A stretch of DNA of 64,000 nucleotides from a virus. Its lineage: Duplodnaviria > Caudoviricetes. The DNA lies in IMG/VR virus record IMGVR_UViG_3300020388_000010; one strand, 5' to 3'. The notes under the pieces were generated by a model, which was not told the DNA's origin, made no database searches, and saw only the letters and a list, made by a program, of their open reading frames with translations. Made by a program: the position numbers and the translations under genes. Every line of letters starts with the position of its first letter. Position 1 is the first letter of the stretch. Of the stretch, positions 47,435 through 57,241 are shown piece after piece.

Positions 47435-48785
47435 ACAATTCAATCGTAAGGTAACACCCTTTTTAAAGAAAGAATATTTTAAAGATAGAAGTCAACAGAT
47501 TGTCTTTGAAGAAATAAATGACTTTGTAGAGAAGTATTCTAAACCTCCAACTCAAACTGTTTTAGAAATAGAACTTCAAAACAGAAGAGATTTATCAGAT
47601 ACTGAACATACTAGTGCATTAGAACTTTTAAAATCACTTGATAAGTCAGAGGTTGATTACGATTGGTTGTTGAAAACAGTTGAACAATTCTGTAAAGACA
47701 AAGCTGTATATAATGCAGTTGTTGATAGTATAAAAATAATAGAAGACAAAGATAAGAACAACACACCAGAATCTATTCCAAGTATATTATCAGATGCACT
47801 TTCAGTATCATTTGACAATCATATTGGACACGATTATATTGATGAGTCTGAAAATAGATATGAATACTATCATAAAAAAGAAGATAAAATATCTTTTGAC
47901 TTAGACTACTTTAATAAGATTACTAAAGGTGGTTTACCTAATAAAACATTAAATGTTGCACTTGCTGGTACTGGTGTAGGTAAATCATTGTTTATGTGTC
48001 ATATGGCTGCATCAACTTTGATGCAAGGTAAAAATGTTCTTTATATTACATTAGAAATGGCAGAAGAAAAGATTGCAGAAAGAATAGATGCAAACTTAAT
48101 GAATATATCTATTGATGATTTACACGAACTACCTAAAAAGATGTTTACTGATAAGATATCAAGTATATCTAAAAAGACAAATGGTAAATTAGTAATTAAA
48201 GAATATCCAACTGCATCTGCACATAGTGGACACTTTAAAGGTTTAGTAAAAGAACTTGCACTCAAGAAATCATTTAAACCAGATATCATTTTTATAGACT
48301 ATCTAAATATTTGTTCATCATCTAGGTTTAAAGGTAATGCAAGTATAGGTTCATATTTTTATATTAAGGCTATTGCAGAAGAACTTAGAGGGTTTGCAGT
48401 TGAATCAAATGTACCGATTGTTTCTGCAACACAGACAACGAGAAGTGCATACACTTCAACAGATGTAGGATTAGAAGATACATCTGAAAGTTTTGGATTG
48501 CCTGCAACTGCTGATTTAATGTTTGCATTAATATCAACAGAGGAACTAGAGGATTTAAATCAGATAATGATTAAACAATTAAAGAACAGATATAATGACC
48601 CTACTATGAATAAAAGATTCATATTAGGAATAGATAGAGCAAAGATGAAGTTATATGATGTTGAACAAGTCGCACAAAAAGATGTGTTAGACTCTGGACA
48701 GAATGAACCAGTCTTTGACAATACTGGTGTTGGAAAAAGATTAGGAGAGAAGTCTTATGAAAAGTTTTCCGACCTCAAAATATAA
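47379..48785 (+). CDS. gp41: Replicative helicase gp41 (GTG start)
   Basis: AGTGVGKS, YITLEMAEEKI, IDYLNIC, SATQTTR, SESFGLPATAD, QLKNRY. Confidence 0.96.
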   Translation: MVQNQTIEVTTLSQLLNNEQFNRKVTPFLKKEYFKDRSQQIVFEEINDFVEKYSKPPTQTVLEIELQNRRDLSDTEHTSALELLKSLDKSEVDYDWLLKTVEQFCKDKAVYNAVVDSIKIIEDKDKNNTPESIPSILSDALSVSFDNHIGHDYIDESENRYEYYHKKEDKISFDLDYFNKITKGGLPNKTLNVALAGTGVGKSLFMCHMAASTLMQGKNVLYITLEMAEEKIAERIDANLMNISIDDLHELPKKMFTDKISSISKKTNGKLVIKEYPTASAHSGHFKGLVKELALKKSFKPDIIFIDYLNICSSSRFKGNASIGSYFYIKAIAEELRGFAVESNVPIVSATQTTRSAYTSTDVGLEDTSESFGLPATADLMFALISTEELEDLNQIMIKQLKNRYNDPTMNKRFILGIDRAKMKLYDVEQVAQKDVLDSGQNEPVFDNTGVGKRLGEKSYEKFSDLKI

Positions 48786-48987
48786 AAAGTACAAGGTTAA
48801 ATATTTTGTTGATGTGGAATGGAGAGATAAAGCAGCTTGCTATGTTGTTATTGAATTACCGACAAACGATGTTGTCCAAATATTTAAATTCAAGGAAGAC
48901 GCTGAAGAAATGGTTTTAACTCTAATGACTATAAGACCATTTGGTAAAGAACCTTTACCAAAATTCTTAAAGGAAAATGTATGGTAG
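48757..48987 (+). CDS. Hypothetical protein
   Basis: AGGAG RBS; coupled ORF. Confidence 0.55.
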   Translation: MKSFPTSKYKKYKVKYFVDVEWRDKAACYVVIELPTNDVVQIFKFKEDAEEMVLTLMTIRPFGKEPLPKFLKENVW

Positions 48988-49553
48988 ATGATCCAGTAAA
49001 AGACCACCCACCAATATGGGGTAAAGAAGGTAGACAAATATTATTCAAAGAGAGATATCCAGTTGTTCTCAAAACATATGATAAATGGAAAACTCTTAAC
49101 CCTATATTAGAAAAGTTTATCAGACAACAAGGTGATAGAATAAATTACAAGTCAAATGTAAAAGCACAAATGACTGAATGGAATATGCAATTAGAAGCTG
49201 GTGGTGAACATTTTCAAGAACTAGTAAACTGGGTAAGAGAAATTTCAATAGAAGTATCACCAGTACAATTCATTCCAGATTGTTACGATTGTTGGGGTGC
49301 AGTATATAAAAAGGGAGAATATACTATATCCCACGACCATTGGCCTGCGATATGGTCTTGGACATACTATGTTAATGTAACTAGTCAATGTTCACCATTA
49401 GTATTCACAAACACAGATTATAAAGTACAACCGTCAAACGGATTGCTGGTGATGTTTCCAGGCTGGGTAAAACATAAAGTACCACCACAAGAAATTGACT
49501 TTGAAAGAGTTATGGTTGCTGGTAATTTAAATGCAAGAACTGGAATGTTTTAA
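48981..49553 (+). CDS. Putative 2OG-Fe(II) oxygenase
   Basis: SHDHWP, SWTYYV, GLLVMFPGWVKHKV, RVMVAGN. Confidence 0.82.
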   Translation: MVDDPVKDHPPIWGKEGRQILFKERYPVVLKTYDKWKTLNPILEKFIRQQGDRINYKSNVKAQMTEWNMQLEAGGEHFQELVNWVREISIEVSPVQFIPDCYDCWGAVYKKGEYTISHDHWPAIWSWTYYVNVTSQCSPLVFTNTDYKVQPSNGLLVMFPGWVKHKVPPQEIDFERVMVAGNLNARTGMF

Positions 49554-49557
49554 AGAC

Positions 49558-49585
49558 TTGACAAATTTCAATTTATAAATATAGT
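49558..49585 (+). promoter_or_regulatory. Overlapping early (TTGACA-16-TATAGT) and late (TATAAATA 49574-49581) promoters
   Basis: Both consensus elements in the short intergenic gap. Confidence 0.6.
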
Positions 49586-49613
49586 AGTAATAGAACTATG
49601 GAAAAATTGAAAA

Positions 49614-50852
49614 ATGTTAACATTTAAAGAATTTTTATTAGAAGATAAACAAGGCAAAAATCTACACCTTGAACACTTGGAAGATGAGATACTCAACTTT
49701 GGTGTCGGTGGGGGTAGAGGTGCAATTAATTTTCTACAATCATTAAGAGATATGTTATCTGGGTCATCTAAAGGTTCAGTTAATATGACTGTTAAGTGGG
49801 ACGGGGCCCCTGCTATATTTGCAGGCATTGACCCATCAGATGGCAAGTTCTTTGTCGCAAAGAAATCAGTATTTAATGTAAATCCAAAGTTGTATAAAGA
49901 AGAATCAGAAATAGATGTTTCTGGTGATTTAAAAGACAAGTTTGCAATCGCATTAAAAGAATTTAAAAAATTAGGAATTAAAAATGTTATTCAAGGTGAT
50001 TTAATGTTCACCAAGAAAGATTTAAAAAAGGAGAAAATTGATGAACAAACCTTTATTTCTTTTCAGCCTAACACTATCGTTTATGCTGCACCTATGGGTT
50101 CTGAACTTGCTGGACAAATCTCTAAATCACAAATTGGAGTTGTATGGCACACCACCTATGAAGGCGATAATTTGCCATCAATGTCAGCAAAATTCGGTGT
50201 GGATATAAAAGGATTAAAAAATATAGATAGTGTATGGATGGATAATGCTTCATTTAAAGATGTTTCTGGTAAGGCAACATTTACTCAATCAGAAACAGAA
50301 GAAGTAACATCATACTTATCAACAGTTGGTAAGATTTTTAGACGAATAAATTCATCATTGTTAGAGAAGTTTATTAGACTTCAAAATTCAATGGTAGGGA
50401 ATTTGTCTGGTGCTTCTCTGAAAACATATAATAATTTAAAAGTAAGAGAAGGACAAACTATCAAAAATGTAAGACAACACGCTCAAGGATATCTTGACCA
50501 TATTGCAAACCATTTTGATAAGAATAAGGACAAAGTAAAGACACTCGGAGCAAAAGAAAAGATTGAAAGAAATAAGAACGAGTATCTGAGAGAGTTTAAG
50601 AAACATATCAGAAATATAGAAAATGTCATTTCTTTTCAACAAGCCCTTGTGGCCGCAAAGATGTTAATTGTTAAAAAGTTGAATTCAGTTAAACAACTAA
50701 CGGACACCTTTATAAAAACAAAAAATGGATTTAAGGTTACAAATCCAGAAGGTTATGTTGCAATTAATAATGATGGTAAGGCCGTAAAACTTGTTGATAG
50801 AATGGAGTTTAGTTTTAATAACTTTACTGCAATAAAGAATTGGGATAAGTGA
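49614..50852 (+). CDS. Ligase/nucleotidyltransferase-like protein with capsid-targeting-like N-terminus
   Basis: MLTFKEFLLE; KWDG (motif I-like), QGDL, EGYV, VKLVDR. Confidence 0.6.
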   Translation: MLTFKEFLLEDKQGKNLHLEHLEDEILNFGVGGGRGAINFLQSLRDMLSGSSKGSVNMTVKWDGAPAIFAGIDPSDGKFFVAKKSVFNVNPKLYKEESEIDVSGDLKDKFAIALKEFKKLGIKNVIQGDLMFTKKDLKKEKIDEQTFISFQPNTIVYAAPMGSELAGQISKSQIGVVWHTTYEGDNLPSMSAKFGVDIKGLKNIDSVWMDNASFKDVSGKATFTQSETEEVTSYLSTVGKIFRRINSSLLEKFIRLQNSMVGNLSGASLKTYNNLKVREGQTIKNVRQHAQGYLDHIANHFDKNKDKVKTLGAKEKIERNKNEYLREFKKHIRNIENVISFQQALVAAKMLIVKKLNSVKQLTDTFIKTKNGFKVTNPEGYVAINNDGKAVKLVDRMEFSFNNFTAIKNWDK

Positions 50853-50899
50853 CTTGACAAACATATTTAAATATAGTAATTATAAAGTAGAGGAATGTT

Positions 50900-51997
50900 A
50901 TGAAAACATTTAAACAATTTATAAACGAACAAAAGGAGTATTTAATTATGGGTGACACAAAAAAAGCATATGATATGGAAAGAGTGATTGTATCTGCAGC
51001 TGGAGGTGAAAACTTCGTTTCAGACTTGATTCCTAATTCAGAAAAAGTTGGTAAAAAAATTATTAATGATTTAAAATTAACTGGTAAATCGTATTTTCCT
51101 AAAAATTCTTATCCAGCAACTGATAAATGGGCAAAATACTTTTTGCCTGATAAACCTAAAGGTTCAACATTGACACCTAAAACTGATTTTATAATCGGTA
51201 ACAAAAAGATATCTTTAAAAACTGGTGATGCAGTATTAATGTCTGGTGAAAGAAAAGAAGCAACTGCTACTTTTTATAATGCAATGGATAATACAAAAAC
51301 ATTGGATGATGCAGTTAAAAGATTAAAAAAACATATAGACAATATGTTACCATCAACAGATATGACAAAATATAATATAAAAGGTAATAAAACACAATTA
51401 TCAAAAGCAGGTAAATTTGCAGAGATAGAAATACTAAAAAAAGCAGATGAAGCTCATAAAGCATTTAAAAAAGATATGAGAGATGTATTTATAAATTCAG
51501 AAGGATTTGGTAGAGAATTTACTTTTGAAGCAATGACTGGTAAAATTAAATTTGGTGATAATGATGGAACTGCTGACCATTTTTTAGTAACAGATTATGA
51601 TGGTAATGCAACTTTACATAAAGTAACTAAATCATCAGACGAATATGTTTCTAAAATAATGAAATATGTTAAACCAGATGCAACTTTTAAAACAACACAA
51701 AGAACTTCTGCTAAATTAAAATCACCATCTAATAAAAAAGGTGGTACTGGTTATTACACCTTTTGGTCTGCTTTGAAGGTCGGTGTTAAAATGATACAAG
51801 AAGAAGAAATAAAAAATGCAGATTTGTTAAATGAGAGTATTTTTGATATAATAAAAAGAACTTTTAAAAAAGCGATTAACTGGATAAAAAGTTTTTTTAA
51901 AAAAATTTATAGTTTTGTTTCTAAATCTTATAAATCATTGATGGAATTTATGGTTTTAGAACCAGTTGTGAAATATAATAATATGGTTAAGTGGTAA
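50900..51997 (+). CDS. Putative PD-(D/E)xK-like nuclease with capsid-targeting-like N-terminus
   Basis: MKTFKQFINE; E..., TPKTDF..ISLK; amphipathic C-terminal helix. Confidence 0.5.
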   Translation: MKTFKQFINEQKEYLIMGDTKKAYDMERVIVSAAGGENFVSDLIPNSEKVGKKIINDLKLTGKSYFPKNSYPATDKWAKYFLPDKPKGSTLTPKTDFIIGNKKISLKTGDAVLMSGERKEATATFYNAMDNTKTLDDAVKRLKKHIDNMLPSTDMTKYNIKGNKTQLSKAGKFAEIEILKKADEAHKAFKKDMRDVFINSEGFGREFTFEAMTGKIKFGDNDGTADHFLVTDYDGNATLHKVTKSSDEYVSKIMKYVKPDATFKTTQRTSAKLKSPSNKKGGTGYYTFWSALKVGVKMIQEEEIKNADLLNESIFDIIKRTFKKAINWIKSFFKKIYSFVSKSYKSLMEFMVLEPVVKYNNMVKW

Positions 51998-52020
51998 TGA
52001 AAACATTTAAACAATTTATA
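50900..52020 (+). repeat. 24-bp direct repeat ATGAAAACATTTAAACAATTTATA at 50900-50923 and 51997-52020
   Basis: Identical copies encode the N-termini of two consecutive genes. Confidence 0.85.
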
Positions 52021-52317
52021 GAAGCACCAAGAATACCTAGAAAGAAAGGTCAACCAGCAGGGTCTGATAAACATTCTGATTTATATACAGATGAGAATCC
52101 TAAAGGTACGATACACGGACTAGGATTTAAAGATGAAAAGACTGCAAGGGCAAGTGTAAAGAAAATAAATAGTAGTAATAGAAAACACGCACATAAAATA
52201 CAAGCTGCGATTGCAATGGAACAAAGAGCAAAAGTTGCTGGTAAAACAAAAGAGGCTGCAATCTATCGTGCTTATATAGAGAAGATGAAAAAGAAAACAA
52301 AGGAAATGAACAAATGA
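51997..52317 (+). CDS. Basic hypothetical protein with capsid-targeting-like N-terminus
   Basis: MKTFKQFIE; HSDLYTDENPKGTIHGLGF. Confidence 0.7.
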   Translation: MKTFKQFIEAPRIPRKKGQPAGSDKHSDLYTDENPKGTIHGLGFKDEKTARASVKKINSSNRKHAHKIQAAIAMEQRAKVAGKTKEAAIYRAYIEKMKKKTKEMNK

Positions 52318-52775
52318 AGACATTTACAGAGTTAAAAAAGTATGTTATGGATTTGGATAACGATGTAAGAGATATGTATTCTGTTGATCAAGAAGTTGTT
52401 GAGATTATGGATAAAGAAAATCTTGATGAAGTAACTGCAATTTCTAAGTTTATACAAAGAGCAAGAAAAGCAGGAAGAAAGTTAAGAGCTAAGTCTGCAT
52501 TGTTTTTAAAGAAAAGAATGAAATCTCTTAAAAGGTATAAAAAACCAGAAGCAATTAAAAGAATTGCAAGAAAGAAAGCAATAGATTTGTTAGTGCAAAA
52601 GATATACAAACTTCCATATAGAAGTTTACCTATGCAGAGAAAAGCACAGATAACTCAAAACTTTTTATCTAAACCGAATGTTAAAAAGAAAATTAATAAG
52701 ATTGCGAAGAAACAAGAAAGAAAAGTAAGAATTGCAGACAGAGAGAGAATTGCAAAAATGAGAGCAAAAAAATGA
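52314..52775 (+). CDS. Very basic hypothetical protein, putative head-internal
   Basis: MKTFTELKK; acidic leader to ENLDE, then K/R-rich domain. Confidence 0.65.
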   Translation: MKTFTELKKYVMDLDNDVRDMYSVDQEVVEIMDKENLDEVTAISKFIQRARKAGRKLRAKSALFLKKRMKSLKRYKKPEAIKRIARKKAIDLLVQKIYKLPYRSLPMQRKAQITQNFLSKPNVKKKINKIAKKQERKVRIADRERIAKMRAKK

Positions 52776-52972
52776 TGGAAGATGGCCCTATGAAAGAACA
52801 CATTAATAGAAGTAAAGAAGGTGTAATTGTTGCAAAGTATATCACTTACACTTTAAAAAATGGTATGTTGGTAAAAGATGTTAGTACGAGAAAATATATG
52901 AAATCATCTAAAGGTGATTACATAGATACATCTAGCAGTGAACCAATAGTAGAGGTATCAAATGAAACTTAG
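52772..52972 (+). CDS. Small hypothetical protein
   Basis: Coupled 66 aa ORF. Confidence 0.55.
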   Translation: MMEDGPMKEHINRSKEGVIVAKYITYTLKNGMLVKDVSTRKYMKSSKGDYIDTSSSEPIVEVSNET

Positions 52973-55900
52973 AGAGTTATTAGAAGAAGAGGTATCAAGA
53001 AAAGATATAAATGATTTAGAAAAATTTGCAGATAGAATATTAAAAAAATATGGAGTTGATATAGAATTTACTAAACACTTTGTAGATAGAATGAATGACC
53101 CAAGAAATAGTCCAGAGATAAAAGTATCTGAACTACAAAGGTTCTTTAAAAAGATTCAAAAAAACAAAGCGAGAAATATAATAAACAACCCAGACATACA
53201 AGCTGTTTTAAAAGATATGTCAACTAATTTAAATTTACCAGTTGTTATTAAAACAAAAGGTAATGAGATAGAAGTAACAAACAAGACTATTATGAGAAAA
53301 CCAGATTTTAAAACACCTAATAAGGTTATTAAGTACGAGTCATTTAGAACTTTTTCAGAAGCAACTGAATCAGTTGTATTTACATTTGGTAGATTTAATC
53401 CACCAACAACTGGTCACGAAAAACTAATAGAGAAAGTCAAGAAGATTGCTGGTGGTGATGACTATTATATATTCCCATCACATTCTCAGAACAATAAGAA
53501 AGACCCTTTACCACTTGCAAAGAAAGTTGCATATATGAGAGATATGTTTCCAAAACATAAAAGAAACATAATCGCAAATAATAAATTAAAAACAGTTTTA
53601 GATATTGCAGTTTATTTTCACCAACAAGGTTATGTAGAATTAAATATGGTGGTGGGTTCGGATAGAGTTGCAGAGTTTAAAAAACTGTTGACAACATATA
53701 ATGGTCAAGAAAAAAGACACGGTTTTTACGATTTTGATACTATACAAATTTTTAGTGCTGGTGAAAGAGACCCAGATGCAGAAGGTGTTACTGGAATGAG
53801 TGCATCTAAGATGAGAGCAGCTGCAACCAATAATGATTATGATACATTTCAAAAAGGATTACCACGAGGTTTTAAAAATGGTAATCAATTATTCAAGGAT
53901 GTGAGGAAAGGTATGAACTTAAAAGAGAATTCAAAATACTCTGATGAAGAAATTGAAAGAGATTTATATGTCAGAGGTGCAATCTATCAAATCGGAGATT
54001 TGGTAGAAAATATAAATGATGGAACTAGTGGTGAGATAATTAGAAGAGGTACTAACTATGTGCAATACACAGATGGTGAAAATGTGCATAAAGCATTTCT
54101 TCATTCAATAAAAGAAACAAAAAAAATAACAAAAACAAAACAAGACTCAGATATAAAAGACAGTCCAGGCTCTGAACCAGCAAAGTATTATGCAAAAGGT
54201 GTAGGTGATAAAAAAGGAATGTCTGTATCTACTAAAAAGGCAAGAGATGCCCATTTTACAAAGGGAGCGAAAATGGACGATGACAACCCAAATGCATATA
54301 AACCAGCGCCTGGTGATAAAGATAAGAAAACTAAACCTTCACAATATACTAAAAAGTTTAAACAGATGTATGGTGAAGTTTCAGAAAAAAGAATAGACCC
54401 AGCAGATATTGATGATTTTGCAACAGATGATGATATTAAAGCTGCAGATAAAAATATTATGATGCAGTTAAGAAAGTCTGTATCTTTACGAGGTAATTTT
54501 CCAGTACAATTTATGGATAAGAAGAAAGTAAAAGTTTCATCTAAGATTGCACAAGCAGTTCAATCAAAATATGATTCTATGAAAAAAGCATCTGATAAAG
54601 AAAAATTTCAGAGTAAAATTTCTAAATCATATAAAGATTTATTAAGTGCGTTGAAAGAACAACTTAATATTAATGAACAACCAAAACACGAAATTACAGT
54701 AGGTGATTACACAACTAAGTTTTTCTATATGTGTGGTTCTGCACAAACAACTATGAAAAAACACGCAGATAAAGAAGGTGCAGAAGAACTTACTCGTATG
54801 CAAGATTTATTTTATAAAATGGAAAAAGATGCAATGGACTCTGGTGGTGCAAGTGATGAACAGAAAAAGAAATCACAAATACTCTATGATAAAATAATTG
54901 CAAAAGCAGACGATATAGGTATTAAGAATGAAGTTGACAAATATATGAAACTTCATTTGACTTCAATGTTAAATAATAAACCTAAACTAGGATTTGGTAG
55001 AACAGATATTAGTGAAAGTCTTTGGAAAAACATTCATAAAAAAAGACAAAGAATAAAACAAGGTTCTGGTGAGAAGATGAGAAAACCTGGCGAGAAGGGA
55101 GCTCCAACACCAGCACAATTAAAAAGAGCAAAAGGTGAAGAAACTGATATAAAAGAAATGCCCTATTATAGAAAAATCTATGATAAGATACATCAAATGG
55201 TGCATCCTAAAGGTTATGATAGGATACTTAAAATGTACATACAAATGCATAAACAAGGACATAGAAATCCTGCTCAAGCATTAGGACAAATGGTAAAAGG
55301 TGTTAATGCAAGAGATGTTGCATATTACATTAATGGTTTAGTAAAAAAAGGTAAATTACCATCTGACCTTGCAGCTAAAGTTGATTTTGAAATAGACGAA
55401 TCGGTAAATCTTAATGAGAAGATTGAAGGTTTAGTTAAGAAATCACAACAAACTGGTGTTCCTTATGGTATTCTAAAAAAGAGTTATGATAGAGGACTTG
55501 CAGCTTGGAAAACTGGACACAGACCAGGCACTACTCCACAACAATGGGCATTTGCAAGAGTGAACTCAATGTTAACTGGTGGTAAAGCAGACCCAGATTT
55601 ACAAAAACAAGCAAGAGCATCTAAAAAGAAAAAGAAAAAAGAATCATATGAAATAGGAGAACCTTATGCTAGACATACATTTGATGTTACACCAGGCCAA
55701 GACTATGAACAGTCAGTCAAGTCAAAGGTTGCGAGTGAATCCAACATACAAGACTGGTTTGAAAGACCGTCTACTAGAAAAGAGTATCAAGAAAGATACA
55801 AAGATGAGTGGGAAGAAAAACTCCAAGAAACCTATAATCTTATGAGGTCAAAGATTTCTAAAGATGATTTAGAAGATAAATATATAGAGAAACTAGAGAT

Positions 55901-56177
55901 AGTAGAATCTGAATATCAAGGTCGTAAAGTTAAGTTAAATGACCCATTTAGACTACCTAGTGGAAGTAATAAAAAATTTGGTGTTTATGTGAAAAATGAA
56001 AAAGGTAATGTAGTTAAAGTGACTTTCGGCGACCCAAATATGGAGATTAAGAGAGACGACCCAGGCAGATTAAAAAGTTTTAGAGCAAGACATAATTGTG
56101 ATAATCCAGGCCCTAAAACAAAAGCACGATACTGGAGTTGTTTTCAGTGGAGAAAAGGTGCAAAGGTTGATAATTAG
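52962..56177 (+). CDS. Multidomain polyprotein containing a cytidylyl/NMN-adenylyltransferase-like domain
   Basis: VVFTFGRFNPPTTGHEKL, VVGSDR, SAGERDPD, MSASKMR, plus many small domains separated by xLxE/IxE sites. Confidence 0.75.
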   Translation: MKLRELLEEEVSRKDINDLEKFADRILKKYGVDIEFTKHFVDRMNDPRNSPEIKVSELQRFFKKIQKNKARNIINNPDIQAVLKDMSTNLNLPVVIKTKGNEIEVTNKTIMRKPDFKTPNKVIKYESFRTFSEATESVVFTFGRFNPPTTGHEKLIEKVKKIAGGDDYYIFPSHSQNNKKDPLPLAKKVAYMRDMFPKHKRNIIANNKLKTVLDIAVYFHQQGYVELNMVVGSDRVAEFKKLLTTYNGQEKRHGFYDFDTIQIFSAGERDPDAEGVTGMSASKMRAAATNNDYDTFQKGLPRGFKNGNQLFKDVRKGMNLKENSKYSDEEIERDLYVRGAIYQIGDLVENINDGTSGEIIRRGTNYVQYTDGENVHKAFLHSIKETKKITKTKQDSDIKDSPGSEPAKYYAKGVGDKKGMSVSTKKARDAHFTKGAKMDDDNPNAYKPAPGDKDKKTKPSQYTKKFKQMYGEVSEKRIDPADIDDFATDDDIKAADKNIMMQLRKSVSLRGNFPVQFMDKKKVKVSSKIAQAVQSKYDSMKKASDKEKFQSKISKSYKDLLSALKEQLNINEQPKHEITVGDYTTKFFYMCGSAQTTMKKHADKEGAEELTRMQDLFYKMEKDAMDSGGASDEQKKKSQILYDKIIAKADDIGIKNEVDKYMKLHLTSMLNNKPKLGFGRTDISESLWKNIHKKRQRIKQGSGEKMRKPGEKGAPTPAQLKRAKGEETDIKEMPYYRKIYDKIHQMVHPKGYDRILKMYIQMHKQGHRNPAQALGQMVKGVNARDVAYYINGLVKKGKLPSDLAAKVDFEIDESVNLNEKIEGLVKKSQQTGVPYGILKKSYDRGLAAWKTGHRPGTTPQQWAFARVNSMLTGGKADPDLQKQARASKKKKKKESYEIGEPYARHTFDVTPGQDYEQSVKSKVASESNIQDWFERPSTRKEYQERYKDEWEEKLQETYNLMRSKISKDDLEDKYIEKLEIVESEYQGRKVKLNDPFRLPSGSNKKFGVYVKNEKGNVVKVTFGDPNMEIKRDDPGRLKSFRARHNCDNPGPKTKARYWSCFQWRKGAKVDN

Positions 56178-56185
56178 GAAAAGTT

Positions 56186-57241
56186 ATGACAACATATAGA
56201 AGAACAATGACAGAGATGTATCAACAAGTTAGGGAAAGAACACTGACTCCAAATGAGTTGAAACGCAGAGAAGAGATTGCAAAAGATTTACCTTTAAAAG
56301 ATTTTGAAAAAAGATATGGTAAAGAAAAAGGTATGCAAGTTAAAATGGCAGTTGCAACTAAAATGGCAAAAAAAGAATCTTTTGAACTTGATGAAGTATC
56401 AATGACGAATCCTCAGTCATTGTCATTAACAACAAAAGATGCCCTTGTTATAAGAGCAAAACAACTTAGAGAAAAGGGACTTGGTTTGAAAGCAAGAATA
56501 GAAATTGCAAATAAAATTGAAATTAAATCACCATCTTTATTTAAGTATTATCGTGAATTAGAAAAAAAAGGTATTAAAAAGGGGCCTGAAGTTAAGAAGT
56601 TTGATAAACAACTTATGTCTGCACTTGCAAAGAAGTTTGGACAAGATATTGCAAAGAAAACAGAGAAGGCACTAAAAGAAGAACTTAATGAAGATGGACA
56701 TAGTGATGTTCCATCAATGATTAGAAAATGTAAAACAGTTATTGAAGATGCAAATGAGATTATGAGTAAACTAAACTCTATGGACAAGGAAGGTTCACTA
56801 CCAACTTGGTGGACTAATAAACTTGCAGTTGCATCAAACAGTATGAATAAAATGAGAGATTATATTCTGAACCCTATTGAAGAAAGTGTTATTATGGAAA
56901 AAGAAGGTGATTTAGAGGATATGAAAAAAGTTGTTGAAGAACTTAAAGGTGCATCTAAAATGCATTTAGGTCAAGCAGTTCGTATTGATAAATTAGATTT
57001 AGAAAACAAAACACTAGATACTATTTGTGATGAATTAAGAGGTGCATCTAAAATGCATTTAGGCCAATCCAAAAGAGTTCAAGCACATATTAATATGATG
57101 GAAGGTGATGCTACTGATGCAGCCAAAGAATTGATTAATAGAGAAAAAGAGAGAATGAAAGATAAACACGACACAATTATGCAAAGAGCAAAAATTAAAG
57201 ATGTTACTGATGCGAGTCGTGAGAAACAAGGAGAAAATTAA
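56186..57241 (+). CDS. Modular putative head-internal polyprotein
   Basis: Domains separated by ESFELDE, EELNE, ESVIME; duplicated EL(K/R)GASKMHLGQ. Confidence 0.65.
   Translation: MTTYRRTMTEMYQQVRERTLTPNELKRREEIAKDLPLKDFEKRYGKEKGMQVKMAVATKMAKKESFELDEVSMTNPQSLSLTTKDALVIRAKQLREKGLGLKARIEIANKIEIKSPSLFKYYRELEKKGIKKGPEVKKFDKQLMSALAKKFGQDIAKKTEKALKEELNEDGHSDVPSMIRKCKTVIEDANEIMSKLNSMDKEGSLPTWWTNKLAVASNSMNKMRDYILNPIEESVIMEKEGDLEDMKKVVEELKGASKMHLGQAVRIDKLDLENKTLDTICDELRGASKMHLGQSKRVQAHINMMEGDATDAAKELINREKERMKDKHDTIMQRAKIKDVTDASREKQGEN

Noticed and set aside
8930-48785. Introns or inteins in gp17, gp20, gp23, gp43 or gp41
   Set aside because: All are uninterrupted and of ordinary length, with no intein motifs
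42245-51997. MTase plus nuclease-like 50900 as a classical type II restriction-modification pair
   Set aside because: They are about 7.5 kb apart, the MTase is coupled to TET instead, and the nuclease call is tentative; a functional link cannot be excluded but is unsupported
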